Positions 41,582-50,803 of a stretch of 64,000 bases of DNA are shown here, in pieces; the stretch's first letter is position 1, and every line of letters begins with the position of its first letter. The stretch comes from an uncultured Rikenellaceae bacterium (GTDB lineage: Bacteria > Bacteroidota > Bacteroidia > Bacteroidales > VadinHA17): assembly GCA_964568875.1 (NCBI GenBank), contig CAZMSH010000004.1:6816-70815 (forward strand), given 5' to 3'. The translations under genes and the position numbers were made by a program. The notes under the pieces are model-generated. The model was not told where the DNA came from. It did not search any database and was given only the letters and a program-made list of their open reading frames with translations.

Positions 41582-41641
41582 TTTGCTGCAATTTAATCTT
41601 AACTTTGTTCGTTCTTAAAGAAAATAACTTCAAACTGAATA

Positions 41642-42046
41642 ATGATAAAAGGTGTAATAAGGAAACTGTTGGTGATTGCGGTTATCATGATGCCGGTGGC
41701 CGGCTATTCAGGGTGCAAAAAGCAACCAAGATGCGGATGTGGTAAAGATGTGATTCTTACCCTCGACAAGGAGCCTGTATATATGAATTTCAGTGTCGAA
41801 GACAATACTGCAAGATTCACTCCCGTTTCCAATCCGTATGCCAATTATTATTTCTGTAATCCCTCAGATTGGATGACCTACCTGGCTGATTTCACTTCAC
41901 CGGCTTTGCTGCTTGTGTCGGGAGATGCCTTTTACGAATGCAACTATCTCTACAACAGCAGTAATTACATGTATTACCAACCCTCATACAGGGTTTACCA
42001 GATAGAAGTCACTGCCATCGAGGAGGATCTGTACGGAAAGAAATAG
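41642..42046 (+). CDS. hypothetical lipoprotein
   Basis: 134 aa. Signal peptide with lipobox-like AGYSGC. No recognisable domain. Confidence 0.4.
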   Translation: MIKGVIRKLLVIAVIMMPVAGYSGCKKQPRCGCGKDVILTLDKEPVYMNFSVEDNTARFTPVSNPYANYYFCNPSDWMTYLADFTSPALLLVSGDAFYECNYLYNSSNYMYYQPSYRVYQIEVTAIEEDLYGKK

Positions 42047-42133
42047 GGCAGACCTTTTTTCAACGTTACAGGTAATAAGCTGACAAATTTTACTATTGGT
42101 TAACGAGGATACTTAATTTGAAGTATCTTGCTG

Positions 42134-42141
42134 TAATTTTG
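42134..42141 (+). promoter_or_regulatory. Bacteroidota -7 promoter box TAATTTTG
   Basis: TAnnTTTG match lying inside the N-terminal extension proposed by the ORF track for the next gene. Confidence 0.4.
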
Positions 42142-42168
42142 TATATTTCACGAATACTCTGGCTTTTG

Positions 42169-42948
42169 GTGAAAGAATTGACTATAATAGGTTCGGGAAG
42201 GGTTGCTGAAGCTTTGGCTCTTGCGTTTATTAAGTCAGGGCATAAAATTGGCGGAATATTCTCCAGAAATCCCGATACAGCAAATAAACTGGCACAAAAG
42301 ACCGGGTCAAGGGTACTCACAGACCTTGCTATTCCTGACACCTCAGATATGGTAATAATGGCAGTACCTGATCATGCCATAGCAGAAATTGCCGGGAAGA
42401 TAAGACCATTACCTTCCACTGTTGTTGCTCATACATCAGGCAGTACCGGAATTGATGTCTTCCCGGAAAACATACCAAAACACGGTGTAATCTATCCGCT
42501 TCAGACATTCACAAAAGATAGAGAGGTGAATATTTCTGAGGTGCCCTTCTTTACCGAAGCCTCTGAAGAGGTTACCCTCGGGTGTATTGATGACCTGGTT
42601 CATTCCCTGGGTTCTCAGGCGTATCATATTGATTCCGAAAGAAGGCGCATGCTTCATTTGTCGGCAGTATTTGTATGTAATTTTGTTAACCATATGCTGT
42701 ATGCAGGTATAAGCATTGCTGAGAGAAGCCGTATCGAAAGGTCGCTGTTTGGTCCGCTTATGCATGAGACTGTTCAGAAGGCGCTCGAACTGGGTCCGGA
42801 AGAGGCGCAAACCGGTCCTGCCGTAAGAAATGATATCAGCACTATTGAAAAACATATCGGATTATTATCTTTTTCCGAAGAATTAATGAACCTTTACAAG
42901 GTTGTAAGTGACTCAATAACAAAACAGACGATTACTAAAAAGAGATGA
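42169..42948 (+). CDS. Rossmann-fold NADP oxidoreductase-like / DUF2520 domain protein
   Basis: A GTG at 42169 gives MKELTIIGSGRVAEALA (GxGxxA/G Rossmann). The TTG at 42118 would place the -7 box inside the gene. The start is uncertain. Confidence 0.6.
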   Translation: MKELTIIGSGRVAEALALAFIKSGHKIGGIFSRNPDTANKLAQKTGSRVLTDLAIPDTSDMVIMAVPDHAIAEIAGKIRPLPSTVVAHTSGSTGIDVFPENIPKHGVIYPLQTFTKDREVNISEVPFFTEASEEVTLGCIDDLVHSLGSQAYHIDSERRRMLHLSAVFVCNFVNHMLYAGISIAERSRIERSLFGPLMHETVQKALELGPEEAQTGPAVRNDISTIEKHIGLLSFSEELMNLYKVVSDSITKQTITKKR

Positions 42949-43466
42949 GCAACTTCAAGGAGAAACTGGGAAGGGTAAGGGTATTTATTTTTGACATAGA
43001 CGGAGTACTGTCTCACCAGACAATACCGATGAACTCGTTTGGCCTGCCATCGAGGACGATAAATCTGCGCGACGGGTATGCATTGCAGCTCGCTGTCAGA
43101 AAGGGTTACCGGGTGGCAATAATATCGGGAGGCAAATCAAAGGAGTATGTAAAAAGACTCAGGGGTCTGGGTATAAAGGATATTTACATGAACAGCCGCT
43201 CTAAGATAGAGCATTTCAATCAGTACGTCGCCAGTAACTCCCTTGACAAGGATGAGGTTTTATACATGGGAGATGATATTCCTGATTACCAGATAATGAA
43301 GAATGTAGGGATCCCGGTATGCCCTGCCGATGCAGACAGTGAGATAAAGCAGATATCTGTATATATTTCAGACAAGCGTGGTGGCGACGGATGTGTGCGG
43401 GATGTGATTGAGCAGGTAATGCGGCTGCACAACAAATGGATGGATAATGACGCTTTCAGCTGGTAG
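42945..43466 (+). CDS. kdsC: 3-deoxy-D-manno-octulosonate 8-phosphate phosphatase (HAD family)
   Basis: 173 aa. HAD motif I FDIDGVL and YMGDDIPD. 4-nt overlap with the upstream gene. Confidence 0.82.
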   Translation: MSNFKEKLGRVRVFIFDIDGVLSHQTIPMNSFGLPSRTINLRDGYALQLAVRKGYRVAIISGGKSKEYVKRLRGLGIKDIYMNSRSKIEHFNQYVASNSLDKDEVLYMGDDIPDYQIMKNVGIPVCPADADSEIKQISVYISDKRGGDGCVRDVIEQVMRLHNKWMDNDAFSW

Positions 43467-43469
43467 CCT

Positions 43470-44447
43470 ATGAATGAATTCCTTAAGATAATAAGGTGGA
43501 AAAACCTTCTCATCGTGATCATCACAATGGTGCTGGTGCGTTGGGTGCTGCTGGCCTCCCTTGCGGCTGAAATGCTGGTAATGAATGTTGCCGGCGATAT
43601 GGTTCCTGTCACTCTGCAGATGCCGTGGTACGATTTCCTGGTGCTGATATTCGCAACAGTATGCCTTACGGCAGGAGGTTATGTGATAAACGATTATTTC
43701 GATATCAAAACCGACATAATCAACAGGGGTACTGTTATTGTGGGAACCGTAATCCCTCGTCGCCGTGCAATGATGATGCACAATATCTTCAATATTATCG
43801 GCGTGACAGCCGGTTTTTATGTTTCGTGGAGAGTGGGTTACTTCTGGCTGGGGACGCTCTTTTTGCTTGTTTCCGGACTGCTCTGGTTTTACTCGGCCAG
43901 TTACAAGAGGCAGTTCCTGATAGGTAATATTCTGGTTGCAGTACTGACTGCACTGGTGCCTTTTATGGTAGTGTTTTTTGAGTTTCCGGCCATGTATGAG
44001 TATTACTCCTCCAATTCGGTTGAGCATCCTGATTACAAGCTGTTTTTTTTCTGGACAGGCGGGTTTGCTCTCTTTGCTTTCCTTACGACACTTGCCAGGG
44101 AGATAATCAAGGATATTGAAGATTACGAGGGAGATTTGGAATACGGGCGCAATACACTTCCCGTGGTTGCAGGTATAAGGAGTTCGAAGCTTATAGTTAC
44201 GGCATTGGTAATAAGCATAATAGCTACTCTGTATGTGGTTTGGATACTGTTTGTCAGCGATATTACAACACTGGTTTATGTTTCTGCAACAATAACAATC
44301 CCGCTGATACTGGTGGTTTATATGGTGATTACCGGAAAGGGTAAAAAGCAGTTCCATGCTGCCAGCAGTGTGATGAAGTTCATAATGCTTATGGGACTAT
44401 TATATATATTGGTCGTAAAGTTAATTCTTACTGCAGGACTTTTTTGA
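43470..44447 (+). CDS. UbiA-family prenyltransferase (DGGGP-synthase-like)
   Basis: 325 aa and about 8-9 TM helices. First Asp-rich motif NDYFDIKTD, second KDIEDYEGD. Confidence 0.8.
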   Translation: MNEFLKIIRWKNLLIVIITMVLVRWVLLASLAAEMLVMNVAGDMVPVTLQMPWYDFLVLIFATVCLTAGGYVINDYFDIKTDIINRGTVIVGTVIPRRRAMMMHNIFNIIGVTAGFYVSWRVGYFWLGTLFLLVSGLLWFYSASYKRQFLIGNILVAVLTALVPFMVVFFEFPAMYEYYSSNSVEHPDYKLFFFWTGGFALFAFLTTLAREIIKDIEDYEGDLEYGRNTLPVVAGIRSSKLIVTALVISIIATLYVVWILFVSDITTLVYVSATITIPLILVVYMVITGKGKKQFHAASSVMKFIMLMGLLYILVVKLILTAGLF

Positions 44448-44448
44448 G

Positions 44449-45036
44449 ATGCTCGCGGACAGGCTGAAGGATTATCATATTGTTTTGGGATCTGTCTCAC
44501 CGAGGAGGCGGGAGTTGTTTGCGGCACTCGGCCTTGAGTTTGATGTTGCCGATCCTGATATAGATGAAGAGTGTCCTGCATCTGTTCCACTGGCTGAAAA
44601 TGCGGTTTATCTTGCTGAGGCTAAAGCTGCGAAGCTTTGGGGAGGTCTTGGTTCCCGGCATATTCTTATTACAGCCGATACTATTGTTTTATGCGGTGAC
44701 ATGCTGTTGCCGAAGCCCGGGTCGCGCGAAGAGGCCATGGGGTTTCTGAGGCTTCTGTCGGGACGAGAGCATATGGTTATAACGGGGGTTTGCCTTCGTT
44801 CGGCAGAAAAGCAGCGCAGTTTTTCAGTTGAGACGCTGGTCACATTCAGGCAACTCGATGATGATGAGATTGAGTACTATGTCGATAATTACTGTCCCTA
44901 TGATAAGGCGGGCGGTTATGGCATACAGGAGTGGATTGGCTATGTGGCGGCGGAAAGGATAGAGGGGTCTTATTTTAATGTGATCGGTTTGCCGGTAAGC
45001 AGGCTTTACAGTGAGTTAAAGGAGTTTGTCAAATAA
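44449..45036 (+). CDS. maf: Maf-like nucleoside triphosphate pyrophosphatase
   Basis: 195 aa. LGSxSPRRRELF and KAGGYGIQE motifs. Confidence 0.9.
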   Translation: MLADRLKDYHIVLGSVSPRRRELFAALGLEFDVADPDIDEECPASVPLAENAVYLAEAKAAKLWGGLGSRHILITADTIVLCGDMLLPKPGSREEAMGFLRLLSGREHMVITGVCLRSAEKQRSFSVETLVTFRQLDDDEIEYYVDNYCPYDKAGGYGIQEWIGYVAAERIEGSYFNVIGLPVSRLYSELKEFVK

Positions 45037-45051
45037 CTAAAACCTATAATT

Positions 45052-47223
45052 ATGATACGCAGATTTTTTATTTTATTGATTGTTGCCGTTCTTACTGCCG
45101 GTGGCGCAGCGAGGGCTGATGAGGGAATGTGGATACCCATCCTGATAGAGAAATACAATATTCATCTTATGCAGGAGAAGGGGTTTAAACTGACCGCAGA
45201 GGATATTTACAGTGTCAACCGCGCCAGTATGAAGGATGCCATTGTGATTTTTGGCGGCGGATGTACCGGCGAGGTTATTTCGTACGATGGACTTATGATA
45301 ACGAATCACCATTGCGGATACGGGCAGATACAGTCCCATTCAACTCTTGAAAACGATTACCTTACCAATGGTTTCTGGGCTATGTCAAGGGAGGAAGAGT
45401 TGCCTAATCCGGGCCTTACTGTCACATTCCTGAAATGGATGGAAGATGTTACAGACAGGGTGCTGAAGGGAGTGACACCCGAGATGAATGATGCAGAACG
45501 GAACGGGATCATCAACAGCAATATCAGTAGCATCAGGCAACAGGCCGTTGAGGGTACCCACTATACTGCAATAGTAAGGCCCTTCTACATGGGGAACCAG
45601 TATTTCCTGCTTGTTAATGAGACTTTTCGTGATGTACGGCTGGTAGGGGCTCCCCCATCGGCAATAGGTAAGTTTGGAGGCGAAACAGACAACTGGATAT
45701 GGCCTCGTCATACCGGTGACTTTTCTTTGTTCAGGATCTATGCTGACAAGGACAACAAGCCTGCTGCCTATTCTGAAGATAATGTACCCTACAAGCCAGG
45801 TTACTCTTTCCCGATCTCGCTGAAGGGAGTGCAGGAGGGAGACTTTACCATGGTCTTCGGGTATCCCGGTGGTACTAACCAGTATGTTCCTTCATTCCAT
45901 ATCGATATGGTAAAGAACCATCTGAATCCGAAAATGATAGAGCTGCGAGGCAAAAAGATTGAAATTTATGAAGAGGAGATGGCAAAGAGTCCCCTGGTAC
46001 GGATTCAGTATGCGTCGAAGAAATCAGGAGTAGCTAACTCATGGAAAAGATGGATTGGAGAACAGCAGGGTCTTGAGAGACTGAAGACAATAGAGAAGAA
46101 AAGGGAATATGAAAAGAGATTTCAGACCTGGGCCGGCTCTTCGCCTGCGATCAGGGAGAAATACGGCGATATACTATCGCGCTATGAGCAGCTCTATTCT
46201 GAGCTTGTAAAATACAATGTAATAAATAACTTCACCAATGAGGTATTCTTCAGCAGCGGTATTGAGGCTGTAGGACATGCCCGTGGGTACAGGAGCCTTG
46301 TCTCACTGGCCGAGTCGGGAGCCGACGCAGAAACTATAGCCAGGGCTGCTGAAAATGCAGCCGGTACTGCAGCCAGGTTCTTCAGGAACTATGATGTAAA
46401 CGTTGACAAGAAAATTGCCATGGCTGTGCTGGAGTTGTATTCGAGGCTGGTTCCTGTGGCCGGTCAGGCCCCGGAGTTTGTACGTTTAAATCAGAAATAC
46501 AAAGGTGATTTTGCAGCTGCGGTTGAAGCATTGTACTCGAAGAGCGTTTTTACTGATCAGAATAAGATTACCGGACTGCTATCCGGTTTTAACAAGGCTG
46601 CTGCCAAAAAGCTTTCACGCGATCCTTTCTATATTCTTGCTGTAGATGTTGACAGCTGGCTGGGAGATAACTACAGGGGTGAGGTCAGCAGGATTAACTC
46701 AGAAATTCAGCGTCTCAACGTAACATATATGGCTGCCCAGATGGAATTTGAGCCGGACAGGCTTTTCTATCCTGATGCAAACTCGACTCTGAGAGTGGCT
46801 TACGGTGAAGTAAAGGGCTATGATTCCAGAGATGCAGTATATCATAAGCATTATACGACCCTTAAGGGTATTATGGAGAAAGACAATCCTGATATTTACG
46901 ACTATGACGTTCCGCAGCGACTTCGTGACCTGTATGCTGCGAGGGACTTCGGGCGTTATACTCAGGAAGGGGAGGTGCCTGTATGCTTCATTGCCACTAA
47001 TCATACCACAGGCGGCAACTCCGGTAGTCCGGTCATAAATGCTGAGGGACATCTGATAGGGGTCAACTTTGACCGCGCCTGGGAAGGAGTCGCGAGTGAT
47101 ATGGCCTTCAATCCCGAACAGAGCAGGAATATTAGCATTGATATCAGATATGCTCTCTTTATAATTGATAAGTTTGCAGGGGCCGGATATTTGCTTGACG
47201 AGATGGTACTGATAGGGAATTAG
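45052..47223 (+). CDS. S46 family dipeptidyl-peptidase (DPP7/DPP11-like)
   Basis: 723 aa. Signal peptide, DEGMW N-terminus, catalytic His in TNHHCGYG, catalytic Ser in TGGNSGSPV. Confidence 0.9.
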   Translation: MIRRFFILLIVAVLTAGGAARADEGMWIPILIEKYNIHLMQEKGFKLTAEDIYSVNRASMKDAIVIFGGGCTGEVISYDGLMITNHHCGYGQIQSHSTLENDYLTNGFWAMSREEELPNPGLTVTFLKWMEDVTDRVLKGVTPEMNDAERNGIINSNISSIRQQAVEGTHYTAIVRPFYMGNQYFLLVNETFRDVRLVGAPPSAIGKFGGETDNWIWPRHTGDFSLFRIYADKDNKPAAYSEDNVPYKPGYSFPISLKGVQEGDFTMVFGYPGGTNQYVPSFHIDMVKNHLNPKMIELRGKKIEIYEEEMAKSPLVRIQYASKKSGVANSWKRWIGEQQGLERLKTIEKKREYEKRFQTWAGSSPAIREKYGDILSRYEQLYSELVKYNVINNFTNEVFFSSGIEAVGHARGYRSLVSLAESGADAETIARAAENAAGTAARFFRNYDVNVDKKIAMAVLELYSRLVPVAGQAPEFVRLNQKYKGDFAAAVEALYSKSVFTDQNKITGLLSGFNKAAAKKLSRDPFYILAVDVDSWLGDNYRGEVSRINSEIQRLNVTYMAAQMEFEPDRLFYPDANSTLRVAYGEVKGYDSRDAVYHKHYTTLKGIMEKDNPDIYDYDVPQRLRDLYAARDFGRYTQEGEVPVCFIATNHTTGGNSGSPVINAEGHLIGVNFDRAWEGVASDMAFNPEQSRNISIDIRYALFIIDKFAGAGYLLDEMVLIGN

Positions 47224-47226
47224 GTT

Positions 47227-47261
47227 ACAGGTGTCAGGTGCCGGGTACCGGGTATAGTGTG
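47227..47261 (+). repeat. core-less tandem heptamer array (ACAGGTG TCAGGTG CCGGGTA CCGGGTA TAGTGTG)
   Basis: Five 7-nt units starting 4 nt after the S46 peptidase stop. Same heptamer family as copies A-C. Confidence 0.7.
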
Positions 47262-47272
47262 AGATATAAAAA

Positions 47273-47300
47273 GAACCGGAGGTTTGGCGTCCTCCGGTTC
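47273..47300. terminator. bidirectional terminator hairpin between the S46 peptidase gene and hcp
   Basis: gaaccggagg (47273-47282) pairs perfectly with cctccggttc (47291-47300), flanked by an A-run and a T-rich tract. Confidence 0.7.
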
Positions 47301-47320
47301 TTCCATTATACCCCGCCTGA

Positions 47321-48967
47321 TTAATTCAGGAAGAGCTTCATATCCTCATCGACGGTTGTAATACCTGTGATGCCGAAGTTTTCGACCAGCACCTTTGCCA
47401 CATTAGGTGACAGAAATGCAGGGAGGGTCGGTCCGAGGTGAATGTTCTTCACTCCGAGGTAAAGAAGTGCGAGAAGTACTATGACAGCCTTCTGCTCATA
47501 CCATGCAATATTGTAAGCTATCGGCAGTTCGTTGATGTCGTTCAGCTTAAATACCTCTTTCAGTGCCAGCGCTATTGTTGCAAGCGAGTATGAATCGTTG
47601 CACTGGCCTGCATCGAGAACCCTTGGGATTCCGTTTATATCGCCAAGCTGAAGCTTGTTATACCTGTATTTGGCACAACCTGCAGTGAGTATCACGGTAT
47701 CACCTGGCAGTTTTTGAGCAAACTCGGTGTAGTAGTCACGTGACTTCATTCTTCCGTCGCAGCCGGCCATCACGAAGAACTTCCTGATAGCGCCTGACTT
47801 CACTGCCTCTACTACTTTGTCAGCCAGCTGCAGCACCTGGTTATGTGCAAATCCGCCTATTATGGTACCGGTCTCAATCTCTACAGGAGGGGCACACTTT
47901 TTTGCGTGTTCAATGATCTGTGAGAAGTCTTTCTCACCGCCAGGCTTTCTGTCTTCAATATGTGTCGCTCCGGGGAACCCTGACGAGCCTGTCGTGTAAA
48001 CCCTTTCTCTGTAACTGTCGCGCAGAGGTACTATACAGTTGGTAGTAAACAGTATTGGTCCGTTGAATGTTTCAAACTCTGTGGTCTGCTTCCACCATGC
48101 GTTGCCATAGTTGCCCACGAAGTGGCTGTACTTTTTGAATGCCGGATAGTAGTTGGCAGGAAGCATCTCGCTGTGCGTATAGACATCGACACCTGTTCCC
48201 TCGGTCTGCCTGAGCAGATCTTCCATGTCCTTGAGGTCGTGGCCGCTTATAAGGATAGCCGGGTTATTCCTGACACCGATATTGACCTCTGTTATTTCAG
48301 GATTACCGTAAGCGGTGGTGTTTGCCTTGTCGAGAAGAGCCATTACCTCAACTCCGTGCTTACCTGTCTCCAGTACCAGAGCTGTGAGTTCTTCAACAGA
48401 AAGGGAATCGTCAGTAGTGGCAGCCAGTGCCTTTTGCATGAATTCGTCAACATTGTCGGCCGAATGGCCCAGGTTGCCGGCATGTTCGGCATAAGCAGCC
48501 ATTCCTTTGACGCCGTAGATAACCAGTTCCCGGAGTGACCTGATATCCTCGTCAGCGGTGGCAAGCACTCCCACAAGAGATGCCCTGGCCTCCATATCTG
48601 ACACACTTACGGGTGTCCATGTTGCAGAATTGTGAAGATTGGCAGGTATCTCGATACCCTTCTCAGTCATTTCTTTCCTGAGCTCCTCCCTGACCGAGAT
48701 ACCCTGCCATATCTTCTCAATAATTTTTTCATTGTCGAAGTTTGCATTGGTGATTGTTGTGAAGAGTGCTTCCTGAACGTACCTGTCAACCTTCGAACTC
48801 GAATAGTGGTTTTCCCTTGCTATTGAGGCAAGAATTGAAACACCCTTCGCCACGTATACCAGCAGATCCTGCATTGCAGCCACATCACTGTCTTTTCCGC
48901 AAACGCCACGTGTTACGCACCCCGTTCCCCTGGCTGTCTCCTGGCATTGATAACAAAACATACTCAT
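47321..48967 (-). CDS. hcp: hydroxylamine reductase / hybrid-cluster protein
   Basis: 548 aa. N-terminal CyqCqet..C..gvCGK cysteine cluster, with length and collinearity typical of Hcp. Confidence 0.95.
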   Translation of the reverse strand: MSMFCYQCQETARGTGCVTRGVCGKDSDVAAMQDLLVYVAKGVSILASIARENHYSSSKVDRYVQEALFTTITNANFDNEKIIEKIWQGISVREELRKEMTEKGIEIPANLHNSATWTPVSVSDMEARASLVGVLATADEDIRSLRELVIYGVKGMAAYAEHAGNLGHSADNVDEFMQKALAATTDDSLSVEELTALVLETGKHGVEVMALLDKANTTAYGNPEITEVNIGVRNNPAILISGHDLKDMEDLLRQTEGTGVDVYTHSEMLPANYYPAFKKYSHFVGNYGNAWWKQTTEFETFNGPILFTTNCIVPLRDSYRERVYTTGSSGFPGATHIEDRKPGGEKDFSQIIEHAKKCAPPVEIETGTIIGGFAHNQVLQLADKVVEAVKSGAIRKFFVMAGCDGRMKSRDYYTEFAQKLPGDTVILTAGCAKYRYNKLQLGDINGIPRVLDAGQCNDSYSLATIALALKEVFKLNDINELPIAYNIAWYEQKAVIVLLALLYLGVKNIHLGPTLPAFLSPNVAKVLVENFGITGITTVDEDMKLFLN

Positions 48968-49045
48968 AATAAATCCTTTTCTTTTAATGGTTAATACTTT
49001 ATTATATTTTTGATATTCATAGTTTTAACTTTATACATCAGGTTT

Positions 49046-49996
49046 TTACACCCACTCCTCCTTTATTACGTCGCCATTGATTCCCACGATGGCCATCTTT
49101 ACAGGTACTTTCCTTTGTGCCTTTTCAGCTCCGGCCTTCACAAGCCGCATCAGTCCGCCGCAGCAAGGCACTTCCATCATCATTACCGTTATGGTATTGA
49201 CTTTGGCATCATCTATCAGTGCAGTGATCTTATTTACGTATACCTCCATATTACTGTCGAGCTTCGGGCAGGCGATAGCCACACTCTTGCCCTTCAGGTA
49301 TTTCCCGTGGAAATTGCCGGCGGCAAAAGCAACACAGTCGGCGGCTATCATCAGGTCTGAATTCTGGAAATAACCTGCATTCGGGTTGATAAGGTGCATT
49401 TGCACAGGCCACTGTCTCAGTTCTGAAGGGGCATCTGCAGGAGCTGTGCCGACTGCAAAAGCAATATTGTCTCTTTCAATTGTCATAGCGCGGGAACCGG
49501 GACAACCAGCAGAGTGAGAGTGAGAGTGACCACAACCATGATCATGTCCGTGGCCGTGAGTTATAGCCTGGTGATCGGTTTTGGCGCCGGCAGTAGAACT
49601 GCCAGGTTTGTGCGAACTGATTACCTCCAGCACCTCATCTACTTCGAAGTCTGCTTTCTCCCTGTTGGCAAGCAGAAATTCAATGCCTTCCTTCAGAAAG
49701 CCAAATTCATTGTGGTCTTTAAGATGTTTAAGGTGAGCGATGATTGTGTTTTTCCCCTTTCCGATCATCTCCTCCATGACTGCTTTCTCGTTGTACGGGA
49801 CTGCCTCTCGGGTCTCCATCGTTATAGCTCCTTCAGGGCAGTGTCCGATGCATGCTCCCAGACCGTCACACATCAGATCGCTGATAAGACGAGCCTTCCC
49901 ATCAACAATCTGTAGTGCTCCTTCATGACAATTAGGTATGCAAATACCGCATCCGTTGCACTTCTCTTCATCTATTCTTATTATCTCTCTTTTCAT
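49046..49996 (-). CDS. FrdX-like 2x[4Fe-4S] ferredoxin-domain protein with His-rich linker
   Basis: 316 aa. CNGCGICIPNC and CDGLGACIGHCP motifs, linker HGHGHDHGCGHSHSHS, C-terminal domain with ACPKLD and EVPCCGG. First gene of the hcp operon. Confidence 0.75.
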   Translation of the reverse strand: MKREIIRIDEEKCNGCGICIPNCHEGALQIVDGKARLISDLMCDGLGACIGHCPEGAITMETREAVPYNEKAVMEEMIGKGKNTIIAHLKHLKDHNEFGFLKEGIEFLLANREKADFEVDEVLEVISSHKPGSSTAGAKTDHQAITHGHGHDHGCGHSHSHSAGCPGSRAMTIERDNIAFAVGTAPADAPSELRQWPVQMHLINPNAGYFQNSDLMIAADCVAFAAGNFHGKYLKGKSVAIACPKLDSNMEVYVNKITALIDDAKVNTITVMMMEVPCCGGLMRLVKAGAEKAQRKVPVKMAIVGINGDVIKEEWV

Positions 49997-50027
49997 AATT
50001 TTCGGTTATTTATCTTTTATTTTAATG

Positions 50028-50035
50028 CAAACTTA
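50028..50035 (-). promoter_or_regulatory. Bacteroidota -7 promoter box (TAAGTTTG on the minus strand) for frdX-hcp
   Basis: Plus strand reads caaactta. It lies 32 nt upstream of the frdX-like start codon. Confidence 0.45.
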
Positions 50036-50056
50036 GACCAATTCCAAATAAGAAAA

Positions 50057-50072
50057 TGTAACAATTGTTACA
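50057..50072. promoter_or_regulatory. perfect 16-bp palindrome TGTAACAATTGTTACA, candidate HcpR (Crp/Fnr) operator
   Basis: Perfect inverted repeat GTAAC-N4-GTTAC in the divergent frdX-hcp / hcpR intergenic region. Its centre is about 40 nt from both inferred transcription starts. Confidence 0.65.
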
Positions 50073-50091
50073 AACCAGAAACAAAAAGAAA

Positions 50092-50099
50092 TAATTTTG
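50092..50099 (+). promoter_or_regulatory. Bacteroidota -7 promoter box TAATTTTG for hcpR
   Basis: TAnnTTTG match 25 nt upstream of the ATG at 50124. Confidence 0.45.
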
Positions 50100-50123
50100 C
50101 AGGAACCAAAGGATTACAAGATC

Positions 50124-50798
50124 ATGCTGAACTATGAGCTTCTTTCCAGGTCACCTGTATTCAGGGGACTTGATGCCGGAACCACAAGAGAACTACTGGA
50201 GAAGGTTAATTACAGGATCAGAAAGTATACGCCCGGCTCAGTCATTGCCCTAAGTGGAGAGGAGATTACCTCATTGCAGATAGTTGCGTCGGGCCTGGTT
50301 AAGGGGGAAATGGTTGATTATTCGGGAAGAACGTTGAAGATAGAGGATATTGGCGCTCCCAGGGCTCTCGCCCCAGCCTTCCTTTTCGGTTCCAGCAACA
50401 GATATCCTGTTAATGTAACAGCTGTGACAGAGGCCGAAATTCTTACCATCGACAAGCATGATTTTGTAAGATTACTTTGCAGCAGTGACTGCCTTCTTAC
50501 AAATTATCTTGATACCATTTCAAACAGGTCGCAGTTTTTGTCTGAGAAGATCAGGTTCATCGCCTTTAAGACCATAAAGGGTAAGCTGGCTAATTATATT
50601 CTTGCCAAGGCAGGTCAGAATCTCAGAAGCATAAGGTTTGGGCGGTCGCAGCAGGAACTGTCTGATTTTTTTGGTGTTGCAAGGCCATCACTTTCGAGGG
50701 CACTGAGGGAGATGGAAGAAGAGGGAATAATAACTGCGGGTGGTAAGGATATTACGATTCTTAACAGAGATGGGCTTATTGCACTTACAAAACAGTAG
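50124..50798 (+). CDS. hcpR: Crp/Fnr family transcriptional regulator, probable HcpR
   Basis: 224 aa from the ATG at 50124. cNMP-binding-like beta-roll and a C-terminal HTH (SQQELSDFFGVARPSLSRALREM). Divergent from hcp. Confidence 0.72.
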   Translation: MLNYELLSRSPVFRGLDAGTTRELLEKVNYRIRKYTPGSVIALSGEEITSLQIVASGLVKGEMVDYSGRTLKIEDIGAPRALAPAFLFGSSNRYPVNVTAVTEAEILTIDKHDFVRLLCSSDCLLTNYLDTISNRSQFLSEKIRFIAFKTIKGKLANYILAKAGQNLRSIRFGRSQQELSDFFGVARPSLSRALREMEEEGIITAGGKDITILNRDGLIALTKQ

Positions 50799-50803
50799 TG
50801 ACT

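Noticed and set aside
43368-44357. 329-aa minus-strand ORF, the longest unexplained ORF in the track.
   Set aside because: It lies entirely antisense to the UbiA prenyltransferase gene. Its His/Cys/Gln/Tyr/Asn-rich composition has no motif or hydrophobic core, which is typical of a shadow ORF opposite a membrane-protein gene. The + strand product has clear Asp-rich motifs.
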